NCBI GenBank assembly: GCA_051877355.1
Contig: JBJEIU010000181.1
Span: 1 to 47,088 of the forward strand
Source: Hominilimicola sp.
Lineage (GTDB): Bacteria > Bacillota > Clostridia > UBA1381
Length of the DNA: 47,088 bases
Reading direction: 5' to 3'
The notes beneath the pieces are model-generated. The model was given only the letters and a program-made list of their open reading frames with translations. It did no database searches and was not told where the DNA came from. The translations under genes and the position numbers were made by a program. Position 1 is the first letter of the stretch. Each line of letters opens with the position of its first letter. This document shows positions 20,189 through 29,284 of this stretch, one piece after another.

Positions 20189-22516
20189 ATGAATTTATGT
20201 TCAAGATGTAAGAAAAACCCTGCGGTTTTCTACATTACTAAAATGGAGGGCGACAAGACCAGCAGCGAAGGACTTTGTCTTTCCTGCGCAAAGGAGCTTG
20301 GAATTGCCCCTCTTAATCAGATGATTGAGAATTTCGGTGTTTCCGATGACGAGCTGGATAATCTTAACAGCCAGATGTCGGAATTTATGGAAAGCCTTGA
20401 AGGTATGGAGGGCATGGACGGAAGCCCTTTGGAAATGATGGAGCGGCTGTCCGGCGGCGAGGACGACGAGGGCGGAGCAGCTACAGCGCCTCTTGATATA
20501 TTCAAGGATTTTTTCAATAATATGCCGTCAGGCAATCAGAACGGTTCCGACGACGGAAAAGCAACAAAGGACAAGAAATCAAAGAAAAAACAGAAAAAAA
20601 CAATGCTTGACACCTACGGCACAAATCTTACTGAAAAGGCGGCACAGGGCAAGGTTGACAGAGTTGTAAACAGAAACACGGAAATTGAGCGTGTGATACA
20701 AATTCTGAACAGACGCTCAAAAAATAATCCAGTACTGCTCGGCGAGCCCGGCGTAGGCAAAACAGCGGTTGCGGAGGGGCTTGCGTGCAGAATATTTGAA
20801 AAGAATGTTCCGCCCAAGCTTTTCGATTATCAGCTTTACCTGCTCGATTTCACTGCGCTTGTGGCAGGTACACAGTTCCGCGGACAATTTGAGGCAAGGC
20901 TGAAAAGTTTGCTTAACGAAGCGGCTGAAAGAGGAAATGTCATACTTGTAATTGACGAGATACACAACATAGTTGCCGCCGGAGACGCGGAGGGCGCTAT
21001 GAGCGCGGCTAATATCCTAAAGCCGGCCCTTGCGCGGGGAGAAATACAGATAATCGGCGCAACCACGCTTACCGAATACAGAAAGCATATTGAAAAAGAC
21101 AGCGCTCTTGAAAGACGTTTTCAGCCGGTGCTGATTGACGAGCCGTCAATTGAGGAAAGTATTGAGATTTTAAACGGCATCAAGGACTATTACGAAAAAT
21201 ACCACAGTGTAAAAATTTCCGATGATGTAATTGAACAAGCTGTGAGAATGTCAGAAAGATATATCACCGACCGTTTCCTCCCAGACAAGGCGATTGACGT
21301 AATTGACGAAGCCGGCTCAAGGGTAAACCTGCGCAACAAAGCTCTTTATGACGTGAGACTTCTCACGGACCGCCTGTCGGTCATTGACGAGGAAGCAGCA
21401 GGCGCAGCCGAGGCGGGTGATTTTGAAAAAATTGCCAATCTCAGGGTTGAGAAGATAAAGGTTGAACAGGAGATAGAAAAAGCAAAGCAGGAAGCAGCTA
21501 AGGCAGAAATCACCTTTGACGATATTGCCGCGGTTATAGAGGGCTGGACAAAAATACCTGTCCACCATCTGACTGAGGACGAATCGGCAAAACTGCTTAA
21601 CCTTGAAAGCCGTATACACGAGCGTGTAGTCGGTCAGAACGAGGCAGTTGAAGCGGTTTCGCGTGCAATAAGACGCGGCAGAGCCGACATAACCACACGC
21701 AAGCGTCCTGTGTCATTTATATTCGCAGGTCCTACGGGCGTGGGAAAAACAGAGCTTGTAAAGACAATTGCCGAGGTAATGTTTGACAACGAGGAAGCAC
21801 TTATAAGAATTGATATGTCCGAGTACATGGAAAAGCACTCAGTTTCCAAGCTTATCGGGTCTCCCCCCGGGTACGTTGGTTATGACGACGCCGGACAACT
21901 TACAGAAAAGGTACGCAGAAAACCTTATTCAGTAATTCTCTTGGACGAGATTGAAAAAGCTCACCCCGAGGTATTTAACCTGTTCCTGCAAATTCTTGAC
22001 GACGGCAGAATTGCTGACAGCCACGGTAAGATAATCAATTTTGAAAACACTATCATTATCATGACAACCAATGCAGGCTCCGAATTTAAATCGGCGGCGG
22101 CAGGCTTCAATTCAAATGATGAAGTGAAAATGGAGGATAATGTTGACAAAAGCTTAAAGCAGTTCTTTAAGCCTGAATTCCTTAACAGAATTGACGAAAT
22201 CGTCACATTCAAGCCGCTTACTAAGGAGGATTTGCGTCAGATTATAGACCTTTTGTTAAAGGACATCGTTGCAAAACTGACAGAAAAGGGCGCAAAGTTT
22301 ATCGTCACGGACGAGGCGAAGGAACTTATACTGGAAAAGGGCTACGACAAGAAGTACGGCGCAAGACCTTTAAAGCGCGCTATACAAAAGCTGCTTGAGG
22401 ATAAGCTTTCACAGCTTTCGCTCACCGGTCAGATTACGTCCGGCGCTGCAATAACCGCCGACAGAAACGGTGATGAAATTTCCATGACGGTCGCGTCAAA
22501 GCTGCTTGAAAACTAG
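20189..22516 (+). CDS. ATP-dependent Clp protease ATPase subunit, ClpE/ClpC-like with N-terminal Zn finger
   Basis: N-terminal CSRC...CLSC; two AAA+ modules (GEPGVGKT, GPTGVGKT); LPDKAID, GARPL. Confidence 0.93.
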   Translation: MNLCSRCKKNPAVFYITKMEGDKTSSEGLCLSCAKELGIAPLNQMIENFGVSDDELDNLNSQMSEFMESLEGMEGMDGSPLEMMERLSGGEDDEGGAATAPLDIFKDFFNNMPSGNQNGSDDGKATKDKKSKKKQKKTMLDTYGTNLTEKAAQGKVDRVVNRNTEIERVIQILNRRSKNNPVLLGEPGVGKTAVAEGLACRIFEKNVPPKLFDYQLYLLDFTALVAGTQFRGQFEARLKSLLNEAAERGNVILVIDEIHNIVAAGDAEGAMSAANILKPALARGEIQIIGATTLTEYRKHIEKDSALERRFQPVLIDEPSIEESIEILNGIKDYYEKYHSVKISDDVIEQAVRMSERYITDRFLPDKAIDVIDEAGSRVNLRNKALYDVRLLTDRLSVIDEEAAGAAEAGDFEKIANLRVEKIKVEQEIEKAKQEAAKAEITFDDIAAVIEGWTKIPVHHLTEDESAKLLNLESRIHERVVGQNEAVEAVSRAIRRGRADITTRKRPVSFIFAGPTGVGKTELVKTIAEVMFDNEEALIRIDMSEYMEKHSVSKLIGSPPGYVGYDDAGQLTEKVRRKPYSVILLDEIEKAHPEVFNLFLQILDDGRIADSHGKIINFENTIIIMTTNAGSEFKSAAAGFNSNDEVKMEDNVDKSLKQFFKPEFLNRIDEIVTFKPLTKEDLRQIIDLLLKDIVAKLTEKGAKFIVTDEAKELILEKGYDKKYGARPLKRAIQKLLEDKLSQLSLTGQITSGAAITADRNGDEISMTVASKLLEN

Positions 22517-22605
22517 AAAGATTTACCTGTGATATTTTAGAGCCATATGCAGATAATATTTATGTGCCGAAGATACGGCAAATATTATTACGGAGGTAAA
22601 ATATC

Positions 22606-22782
22606 ATGGCTTGTGACTGCACAAACGCAAACAAGAGCATTAAATGTACTGTGACACAGTGCGCTAACCACTGTGATACAGCAGATTACTGCTCACTTTC
22701 ATCAATTCAGGTAGGAACACACGAATCAAATCCTACCATGGTGGAATGTACAGACTGTAATTCTTTTGAATTAAAGAAATAA
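22606..22782 (+). CDS. DUF1540-like small Cys-rich protein, 58 aa (not in ORF track)
   Basis: MACDCTNANKSIKCTVTQCANHCDTADYCSLSSIQVGTHESNPTMVECTDCNSFELKK; GGAGG RBS; terminator follows. Confidence 0.85.
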   Translation: MACDCTNANKSIKCTVTQCANHCDTADYCSLSSIQVGTHESNPTMVECTDCNSFELKK

Positions 22783-22805
22783 CCACAAAATTTCAGAACT
22801 CATTG

Positions 22806-22832
22806 GAAAAGGCTGCCTAAGGCAGTCTTTTC
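22806..22832 (+). terminator. Intrinsic terminator
   Basis: GAAAAGGCTGCC-taa-GGCAGTCTTTTC. Confidence 0.8.
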
Positions 22833-22913
22833 TGCTGCATGACAGGATAAATTCTTGCGTTATCCGCGACGTTATGCTATAATATAAAGAAAAAAGAACG
22901 GCAAGAAGTAATA

Positions 22914-23849
22914 ATGGAAAATAAATTTAAATATTCAAACGACAATAAAAGATACCATACATGGAACTACCACCTCCACAAAAAGTTTGGCTGCAAGGTT
23001 TTCAAGGTTGCCTTAAACGGCGGCTTTACCTGTCCGAACATTGACGGCAGTAAGGGCACGGGCGGCTGCATATACTGTTCGAGCGGCAGCGGAGATTTTG
23101 CAGGCGACCCTACCCACAGCATACTAACGCAATTTGACGAGGTAAAGGCAAGAATGCACAAAAAGTGGAAAGAAGCCAAGTATATCCCCTACTTCCAGGC
23201 GCACACCAACACCTACGCTCCTGCGTCCGTACTGCGTGCTCGGTTTGAACCTGTCCTCGCTCAGAAAAACGTGGTGGGCATAAGCATTGCCACACGTGCC
23301 GACTGTCTCGCAGACGACGTACTCGAATATCTGAGCGAACTTAACGAACGCACATATCTGATTGTGGAGTTAGGATTGCAAACCATATTTGACGAAACAG
23401 GTGAAAAAATAAACCGCTGTCATACATACGCGGATTTTCTTGAGGGATATAACAAGCTGAAGGAACGCAATATCAACGTATGCGTGCATCTTATTGACGG
23501 GCTTCCGGGCGAAACCAAAGAAATGATGGTCCAAAGCGCACGCGAGGTGGCGCGGCTTAAGCCGCACTGCATAAAACTTCACCTTTTGCACGTATTAAAA
23601 GGCACACGTCTTGCGGATATGTACGCAAACGGAGAATTTTCTCTTATGACTCTTGATGAGTATGTGGAAACTATAGTAAACCAGCTTGAGGTATTTCCTG
23701 AGGAAACGGTTATTCAGCGTCTTACGGGCGACGGCGGACGTGATTCGCTCATTGGTCCGAAATGGAGTCTGAAAAAATTTGTTGTCCTGAATGAAATTGA
23801 TAAGCTTATGATAAAACGCGGCACCTATCAGGGCGCAAAAGCACATTAA
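22914..23849 (+). CDS. Radical SAM protein, TIGR01212 (YhcC/YtqA) family
   Basis: GFTCPNIDG..G.GGCIYC, YFQAHTNTY, ELGLQT, KLHLLH; TTGCGT-N17-TATAAT upstream. Confidence 0.93.
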   Translation: MENKFKYSNDNKRYHTWNYHLHKKFGCKVFKVALNGGFTCPNIDGSKGTGGCIYCSSGSGDFAGDPTHSILTQFDEVKARMHKKWKEAKYIPYFQAHTNTYAPASVLRARFEPVLAQKNVVGISIATRADCLADDVLEYLSELNERTYLIVELGLQTIFDETGEKINRCHTYADFLEGYNKLKERNINVCVHLIDGLPGETKEMMVQSAREVARLKPHCIKLHLLHVLKGTRLADMYANGEFSLMTLDEYVETIVNQLEVFPEETVIQRLTGDGGRDSLIGPKWSLKKFVVLNEIDKLMIKRGTYQGAKAH

Positions 23850-23877
23850 AAAATGCTGTCATACGACAGCATTTTTT
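23848..23877. terminator. Bidirectional terminator
   Basis: AAAAAATGCTGTC-atac-GACAGCATTTTTT between convergent genes. Confidence 0.85.
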
Positions 23878-24531
23878 CTATTCTTCCCCGTTTTCTTCAT
23901 CCTCATCTGTCTTTTCCACCAGCTCAATCCTGTTCGTGGACACCTCATAAGCCGTTTTTGTAATCGTTTCTTCCTCGCTTATGCGCTTCTGATACGTTCT
24001 TGACTGAATACGTCCCCATATCTTCACATTATCGCCCACATTCAAATTTTTTGCAAAACGCGCATTACGTCCCCACGCTATGATGGGTATGTAATCGGAT
24101 TTATTGTAGCTTCTGTTCACCGCAAGCAAAAGGTCTGTTATCTCGCGGCCAAAGGGCGTAGTGCGGTAAACGGGCGCCTTACAGATAAAGCCGTTCAAGT
24201 ACAGCGTGTTCGGATTTTTGTTTTCCGTTTCCTCGCAGTGCATGATGTCCTTGGCAAACACAGTAAGAACAAGGCGGTTGTCGCCGTTTTCATAGCTGTT
24301 ATATGAGCGGAACTGTCCCGTAACCTCCACCACGTCGCCCACATTATACTCTCCGTCCATTATCAGCCTTTCCGATACCATTACGCGTATATCGTCCGAT
24401 GTGCCGCTCAATCTCGGTACTCTGACAGTGCAGGTATAGAATTTCTCGGCGTAAATCTCGTGATTAAATACAAATTCGTCCTCGATTGTGCCTATAATTG
24501 CTGCCTGATTGTTTGATAAATTGTTATCCAT
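23878..24531 (-). CDS. ssb: Single-stranded DNA-binding protein, tandem OB-fold paralogue
   Basis: Two OB folds (RLSG.SD..GQFRSYN; RTTPFGREI.DLLLAVNR..KSDYIP.IAWGRNA..GRIQSR). Confidence 0.88.
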   Translation of the reverse strand: MDNNLSNNQAAIIGTIEDEFVFNHEIYAEKFYTCTVRVPRLSGTSDDIRVMVSERLIMDGEYNVGDVVEVTGQFRSYNSYENGDNRLVLTVFAKDIMHCEETENKNPNTLYLNGFICKAPVYRTTPFGREITDLLLAVNRSYNKSDYIPIIAWGRNARFAKNLNVGDNVKIWGRIQSRTYQKRISEEETITKTAYEVSTNRIELVEKTDEDEENGEE

Positions 24532-24579
24532 GTGTAGAAACCTCCTCTGTTGTAGTTAAAATGCTCTTGTCATCATGTT

Positions 24580-24609
24580 ATATTTATTCCGTAAACCGCG
24601 TTTTTATTC
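24580..24609 (-). promoter_or_regulatory. SigmaE-like sporulation promoter of ssb paralogue
   Basis: GAATAAA-N14-AATAAATAT. Confidence 0.4.
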
Positions 24610-24706
24610 TCATTAATTTGTTTTAAATATATTATGCCTGGATGTTACGCGGATATTCAGATAAATTATATTTCAACAGTTTTTTTCCGTCATAATCAGA
24701 CCGCAT

Positions 24707-24735
24707 TTGACAATATGGCAAAAGTTTAGTATAAT
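24707..24735 (+). promoter_or_regulatory. Consensus SigA promoter
   Basis: Perfect TTGACA-N17-TATAAT. Confidence 0.8.
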
Positions 24736-24800
24736 GTTATAATATATATCATAGAAAACTATAAAATTTAGGATAATAACATTGAGAAGGAGAGAAAAAA

Positions 24801-25766
24801 ATGAAAAAGATAATTTCAGCAGTGATAACTGCAGTTATGATATGTACCCTGTTCACAGCCAATACCTTTGCGGCTGAAAGTTGGAGAGAGGCGTTCGTCA
24901 CCAGACTTATGAAAATAATGTCCTCCGACCCGTCATACAACGAGGTTGTACTTACAGACCTTGACAGGAATGGTATCCCTGAGGCGTTCGTTATGCGCGA
25001 CGGACTTGACGGAGGTATAAGCGCCGGTTTTACCATGAACGGAAACTCGATTTCGAGTATAGAAGTACCCGGCAATATTACGGGCAGATGTCTTACTGAT
25101 ATAACCGTGTATGAAAAGGAAGGCAGATATATATTCGTAGGACGCGAAGTGCCGAGATATTCCTCCGTCATAAACTACTACAAGCTTATGTTTGACGGTC
25201 AGAAGCTTACTACTGAAAGAATACTCAAATCATATGTAAGTCCATACCCGACAATCCCTTATGTGGATATGTACGGCAACGATTTCCTTACAAACGGTTA
25301 TCCCAACAGAACAAAGATAAAAAATTTCGTAGACCGTTACGACGGCATAAACACCCTCACCGCCACAAATTCAAACGCAAAGCTGATAGTTGACGGAGAT
25401 GAGGTGGATATTTCGGGATATACCGTAAATGATTCAAACTATTACAAAATCCGTGATGTAGCCATGATTTTGCGCACAACAGCCGCAAGATTTGACGTTG
25501 CCTGGGACGAAAGCTTAAGCGCCATAACCATTTCAAGAGGCGTGAAATATACCATAGTCGGCGGAGAACTGAGCGAGGAAAACGGCACGGCGCTGAATGT
25601 TGAACAAAGCAGCGCACCCGTCTATGTTGACGGCGATGAGAAGAGCGTTCTTTCATATAATATAAATGGAAACACCTACTTCAAAATCCGCGATATAGGC
25701 GATATGGTTGGCTTTACGGTTGACTGGGACGGCAACGCGCAGGCCGTTATCATAAGAACGGAGTAA
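24801..25766 (+). CDS. Secreted protein with C-terminal duplicated surface/stalk (copper amine oxidase N-terminal-like) domain
   Basis: Signal peptide (..NTFA); DLDRNGIPE Ca-binding-like loop; repeats NYYKIRDVA and TYFKIRDIG. Confidence 0.7.
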   Translation: MKKIISAVITAVMICTLFTANTFAAESWREAFVTRLMKIMSSDPSYNEVVLTDLDRNGIPEAFVMRDGLDGGISAGFTMNGNSISSIEVPGNITGRCLTDITVYEKEGRYIFVGREVPRYSSVINYYKLMFDGQKLTTERILKSYVSPYPTIPYVDMYGNDFLTNGYPNRTKIKNFVDRYDGINTLTATNSNAKLIVDGDEVDISGYTVNDSNYYKIRDVAMILRTTAARFDVAWDESLSAITISRGVKYTIVGGELSEENGTALNVEQSSAPVYVDGDEKSVLSYNINGNTYFKIRDIGDMVGFTVDWDGNAQAVIIRTE

Positions 25767-25767
25767 T

Positions 25768-26667
25768 ATGTATAATATAAGAAAAAAACTGTGGATTGTT
25801 ATGCTGCTGCTTTTTGCGGCAGCGACAGTTATGCTTAAAATATTCCCCGCAAACAGGGATTCTATAACCGCCTCCACCGCCGGAGCGGCAGGCGCGGCAA
25901 CAGCGCAGTCAGGCGAATCCTCTTCCCTTTTCGGCGAGGGCGGTGAAAAATTTGTGGCTCACAGAGGCTACTCAAACTACGCGCCTGAAAACAGTATTCC
26001 CGCCTTTGAGCTGGCAGGGAAAATAGGCTTCTGGGGAATTGAAACGGATATTTCCGAAACAAGCGACGGTCAGTTCGTCTGTATGCACGATGAGGATATT
26101 GACAGGACAACGGACGGCACAGGCATGGTGGGCGATTATACCCTTGAGCAGCTCGGCGCATTCAGAATTGACAAGGGAAATTATCTGAAAACCACCGAAA
26201 ATCTGAAAATTCCGACGCTTAATGAGTATCTTGAAATATGCCTGAAATATGGCTGTGTTGCAGTGGTGGAAATAAAGACAATCCGCAATTATGAATCGTT
26301 TCTGAATATTATTTTAAACAGCGGCATTGCCGACAGGTGCATTATCACGGGTGATTTGGAGGCAATGAAAGCTATACGCACCCTGAACAATTCAATTCCC
26401 GTTATGACAATCGGCTACACGCCTGCGCCCTATACGGATAATCTTGAGCATATCGCTGAAATCCCCTATAACAGAGGTATTTTATACAACTATCCGCAGG
26501 TAGACAAGACAGCAATTGATATTATTCATCAGCAAGGTATTTACTGCGGAGTGTGGTCTGTAGACGACACAGACGTTGCAAGGACTTACCTTGATTACGG
26601 CGCAGATTTCATCGTCACAAACGAAATCCCCGCAAGACTTGACCATATGGTAAACGAAAACGAATAA
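25768..26667 (+). CDS. Glycerophosphodiester phosphodiesterase family protein, membrane-anchored or secreted
   Basis: VAHRG, APENSIPAF, IETD, HD..IDRTT, EIK, IVTN; N-terminal hydrophobic segment. Confidence 0.92.
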   Translation: MYNIRKKLWIVMLLLFAAATVMLKIFPANRDSITASTAGAAGAATAQSGESSSLFGEGGEKFVAHRGYSNYAPENSIPAFELAGKIGFWGIETDISETSDGQFVCMHDEDIDRTTDGTGMVGDYTLEQLGAFRIDKGNYLKTTENLKIPTLNEYLEICLKYGCVAVVEIKTIRNYESFLNIILNSGIADRCIITGDLEAMKAIRTLNNSIPVMTIGYTPAPYTDNLEHIAEIPYNRGILYNYPQVDKTAIDIIHQQGIYCGVWSVDDTDVARTYLDYGADFIVTNEIPARLDHMVNENE

Positions 26668-26668
26668 T

Positions 26669-26708
26669 AAAAAAAGCAGTAATTTCTTAACGAAATCACT
26701 GCTTTTTT
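26669..26708 (+). terminator. Intrinsic terminator
   Basis: AAAAAAGCAGT...ACTGCTTTTTT. Confidence 0.7.
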
Positions 26709-26776
26709 CACTTTACAATAATAATACAATATGATATAATTTTAATATTGAGAAAAATAGTAAAGGAGAGAAAAAC

Positions 26777-28918
26777 ATGGGAAAAACAAAAGGCGGCTTC
26801 ACACTTCCGGGCGAAAGCGGATATGAGGAGCTAACACTTCAGATGGCGGACAAATGGGGCGCTGACGTTATCAGAGATTCGGACGGTACGGAATTATCGC
26901 CCGAAATCATTAACGCGGGCTACGGTATTTATTCAACTATCTGTATAATCCGCGACCACAACGAATGGGCAAAGATGAACACTGACAAGCTTCAGCAGAC
27001 ATTCCTTATGACAAATCCCGTTGTTGCCGAAAGCAGCAGCGTTAAGATTGAGCTTATGAAGGATTTCTTTGACGAGCAGTTCAGAATTAATGACAGTGAT
27101 GAATCAAAGGCTTACTGGCAGGTATTCGACAGAACCACAAACGAAGAGGTTAAGGACTGGACATACGCAGACGGCGTCGTTACTGTAAATAACGTAACTC
27201 CTTGGCACAAGTACACGGTAAACTTCCTTGCATACAGAATTTGGGAAGAAATCTCAATGTACAATCATACAACAAACAACTGGGACAAGGAACATCTTAT
27301 GCAGATTGACCCGCGTTATCCCGAAACACAGCAGTATATGCTTGACTGGATGAAGAACTGGTGCGAAACACATCCTGCAACAACAGTTGTACGTTTCACG
27401 TCAATGTTCTATAACTTCGTATGGATTTGGGGTTCAAACAGCAGAAACAGGGATTTGTTCTCCGACTGGGCATCATATGACTTCACAGTTTCACCGCTTG
27501 CTCTTAAGCAGTTCGAGGAAAAGTTCGGCTATGCGATGACCTCCGAGGACTTCATCAACAAGGGTGATTTGCATGCGTCACACATGACATGCGATCAGAA
27601 AAAGCTTGATTGGATGGACTTCATCAACGAGTTTGTTGTTAATTTCGGCAAGCAGCTTGTTGACCTTGTACATACCTACGGCAAAAAGGCATATGTATTC
27701 TATGATGACAGCTGGGTAGGCGTTGAGCCTTGGGGCAAGAGATTTAAGGAATTCGGCTTTGACGGTCTTATCAAGTGCGTGTTCAACGGCTTCGAGGCAA
27801 GACTTTGCGCAGGCGTTGACGCTGTTGAAACTCACGAAATCAGACTTCACCCGTACCTGTTCCCTGTTGGACTTGGCGGCGCGCCCACATTCATGGAGGG
27901 CGGCAACCCGACAAGAGAAGCGCAGGGATATTGGAAGAACGTGCGCCGCGCGCTTCTCCGCGCTCCGATTGACAGAATAGGTCTGGGCGGCTATCTTTCA
28001 CTGACAATCCCATTCCCTGATTTCCAGGACTATATTGAAAAGATTTCGGACGAGTTCAGAGAAATCCGTGAATTCCATAAGGCAGGCAAGCCGTATGTGC
28101 TTAAGCCGAGAGTGGCAGTGTTGTCATTCTGGGGTTCACTGCGTTCATGGACATGCGGCGGTCACTACCACGAGCATCCCGAGCTTGACCTTATAAACGT
28201 TATCGAGGCTCTTGCAGGACTTCCTCTTGATGTTGACTTCATCAGCTTTGAGGACCTTAAGGAAAAGGGTCTTGACAATTATGACGTTGTTATAAACGCA
28301 GGCTTTGCAGGCAGCGCATGGTCAGGCGGTGACAAGTGGAAGGACGAAAAGGTTGTTTCGCTTCTTACGGAATGGGTTGCAAACGGCGGCGCGTTTATCG
28401 GCGTTAACGAGCCGAGCGCAACAGACGGCTATGACACATACTTCCGTATGTCACACGTGCTTGGCGTGAGCGAGGACACAGGCGCAAGACTTTGCCACGG
28501 CAAGTATTCATTTGAGGTTGAAAACAACGGTGCAATTGCTCAGGGTACAGTTATCGAGCCAAAGAGCAATATTTATCTTGCAGACAGTGAAACAAAGGTG
28601 CTTGCCGCCACTGACGGTGTTCCGACTATTACCGAGCGTAAGTTTGGCAAGGGCACGGGCGTGTATATTTCATCATTCAGACACGGCGAGATTAATAACA
28701 GAACGCTTCTTAATCTTATCCTTACAGCCGCAGGCGAAAGCACAGACCAGAAGTATCTGACGGACAACGTATACACAGAGTGTTGCTACTACCCCGAGGG
28801 TAAACAGCTTGTTATTATCAACAACTCCGATACGGAACAGACAGCAACGGTTAAGACAGACACAGGTGAAAAGACAGTTACACTAAGCGCATTCGACACA
28901 CAGATTGTTCAGCTGTAA
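26777..28918 (+). CDS. gnpA: GH112 beta-galactoside phosphorylase (GNB/LNB or Gal-beta1,4-Rha phosphorylase)
   Basis: FTLPGE, WGADVIRDSDGT, MYNHTTN.W, VVRFT, RLHPYLFP, RIGLGGY; TTTACA-N17-TATAAT promoter upstream. Confidence 0.92.
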   Translation: MGKTKGGFTLPGESGYEELTLQMADKWGADVIRDSDGTELSPEIINAGYGIYSTICIIRDHNEWAKMNTDKLQQTFLMTNPVVAESSSVKIELMKDFFDEQFRINDSDESKAYWQVFDRTTNEEVKDWTYADGVVTVNNVTPWHKYTVNFLAYRIWEEISMYNHTTNNWDKEHLMQIDPRYPETQQYMLDWMKNWCETHPATTVVRFTSMFYNFVWIWGSNSRNRDLFSDWASYDFTVSPLALKQFEEKFGYAMTSEDFINKGDLHASHMTCDQKKLDWMDFINEFVVNFGKQLVDLVHTYGKKAYVFYDDSWVGVEPWGKRFKEFGFDGLIKCVFNGFEARLCAGVDAVETHEIRLHPYLFPVGLGGAPTFMEGGNPTREAQGYWKNVRRALLRAPIDRIGLGGYLSLTIPFPDFQDYIEKISDEFREIREFHKAGKPYVLKPRVAVLSFWGSLRSWTCGGHYHEHPELDLINVIEALAGLPLDVDFISFEDLKEKGLDNYDVVINAGFAGSAWSGGDKWKDEKVVSLLTEWVANGGAFIGVNEPSATDGYDTYFRMSHVLGVSEDTGARLCHGKYSFEVENNGAIAQGTVIEPKSNIYLADSETKVLAATDGVPTITERKFGKGTGVYISSFRHGEINNRTLLNLILTAAGESTDQKYLTDNVYTECCYYPEGKQLVIINNSDTEQTATVKTDTGEKTVTLSAFDTQIVQL

Positions 28919-28931
28919 TTAAATTTTACAG

Positions 28932-28958
28932 GAGCCGCCTTTGGGCGGCTCTTTTTTT
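28932..28958 (+). terminator. Intrinsic terminator
   Basis: GAGCCGCC-tttg-GGCGGCTC-T7. Confidence 0.88.
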
Positions 28959-28996
28959 GTGCGGTAAAATATATTGGCATATTTGCAAGTTTTACC

Positions 28997-29025
28997 TTGA
29001 CAAAAACACCTTAAAATGCGATAAT
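28997..29025 (+). promoter_or_regulatory. SigA-type promoter for small ORF and valS
   Basis: TTGACA-N17-GATAAT with extended TG. Confidence 0.6.
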
Positions 29026-29069
29026 AATTAAATGGAGTAATTTTTCTTCCAAATAAAAGAACAGAAAGG

Positions 29070-29270
29070 GTGTGTGTATTTGTGTTGGCAATAAAAATTG
29101 CGGCTCTTGCGGTAGGACTGATTGCGCTTTTTATGACGTTTAAGGCAAAGCTTATAATCGAAAAGGTCTTTAAAAAAGAGCCGGTAGAAGGACTGGTTCT
29201 GCGAGTCAAATACATCGCGCTTGCACTGGCGGTTATCGCCTTTTTGACAGTATTTATTTCAGGAAGATAA
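29070..29270 (+). CDS. Small two-TM hypothetical protein
   Basis: Two hydrophobic segments; AGAAAGGG RBS (true start probably a few codons in); stop abuts valS RBS. Confidence 0.65.
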   Translation: MCVFVLAIKIAALAVGLIALFMTFKAKLIIEKVFKKEPVEGLVLRVKYIALALAVIAFLTVFISGR

Positions 29271-29284
29271 AGGAGTTAATATAA

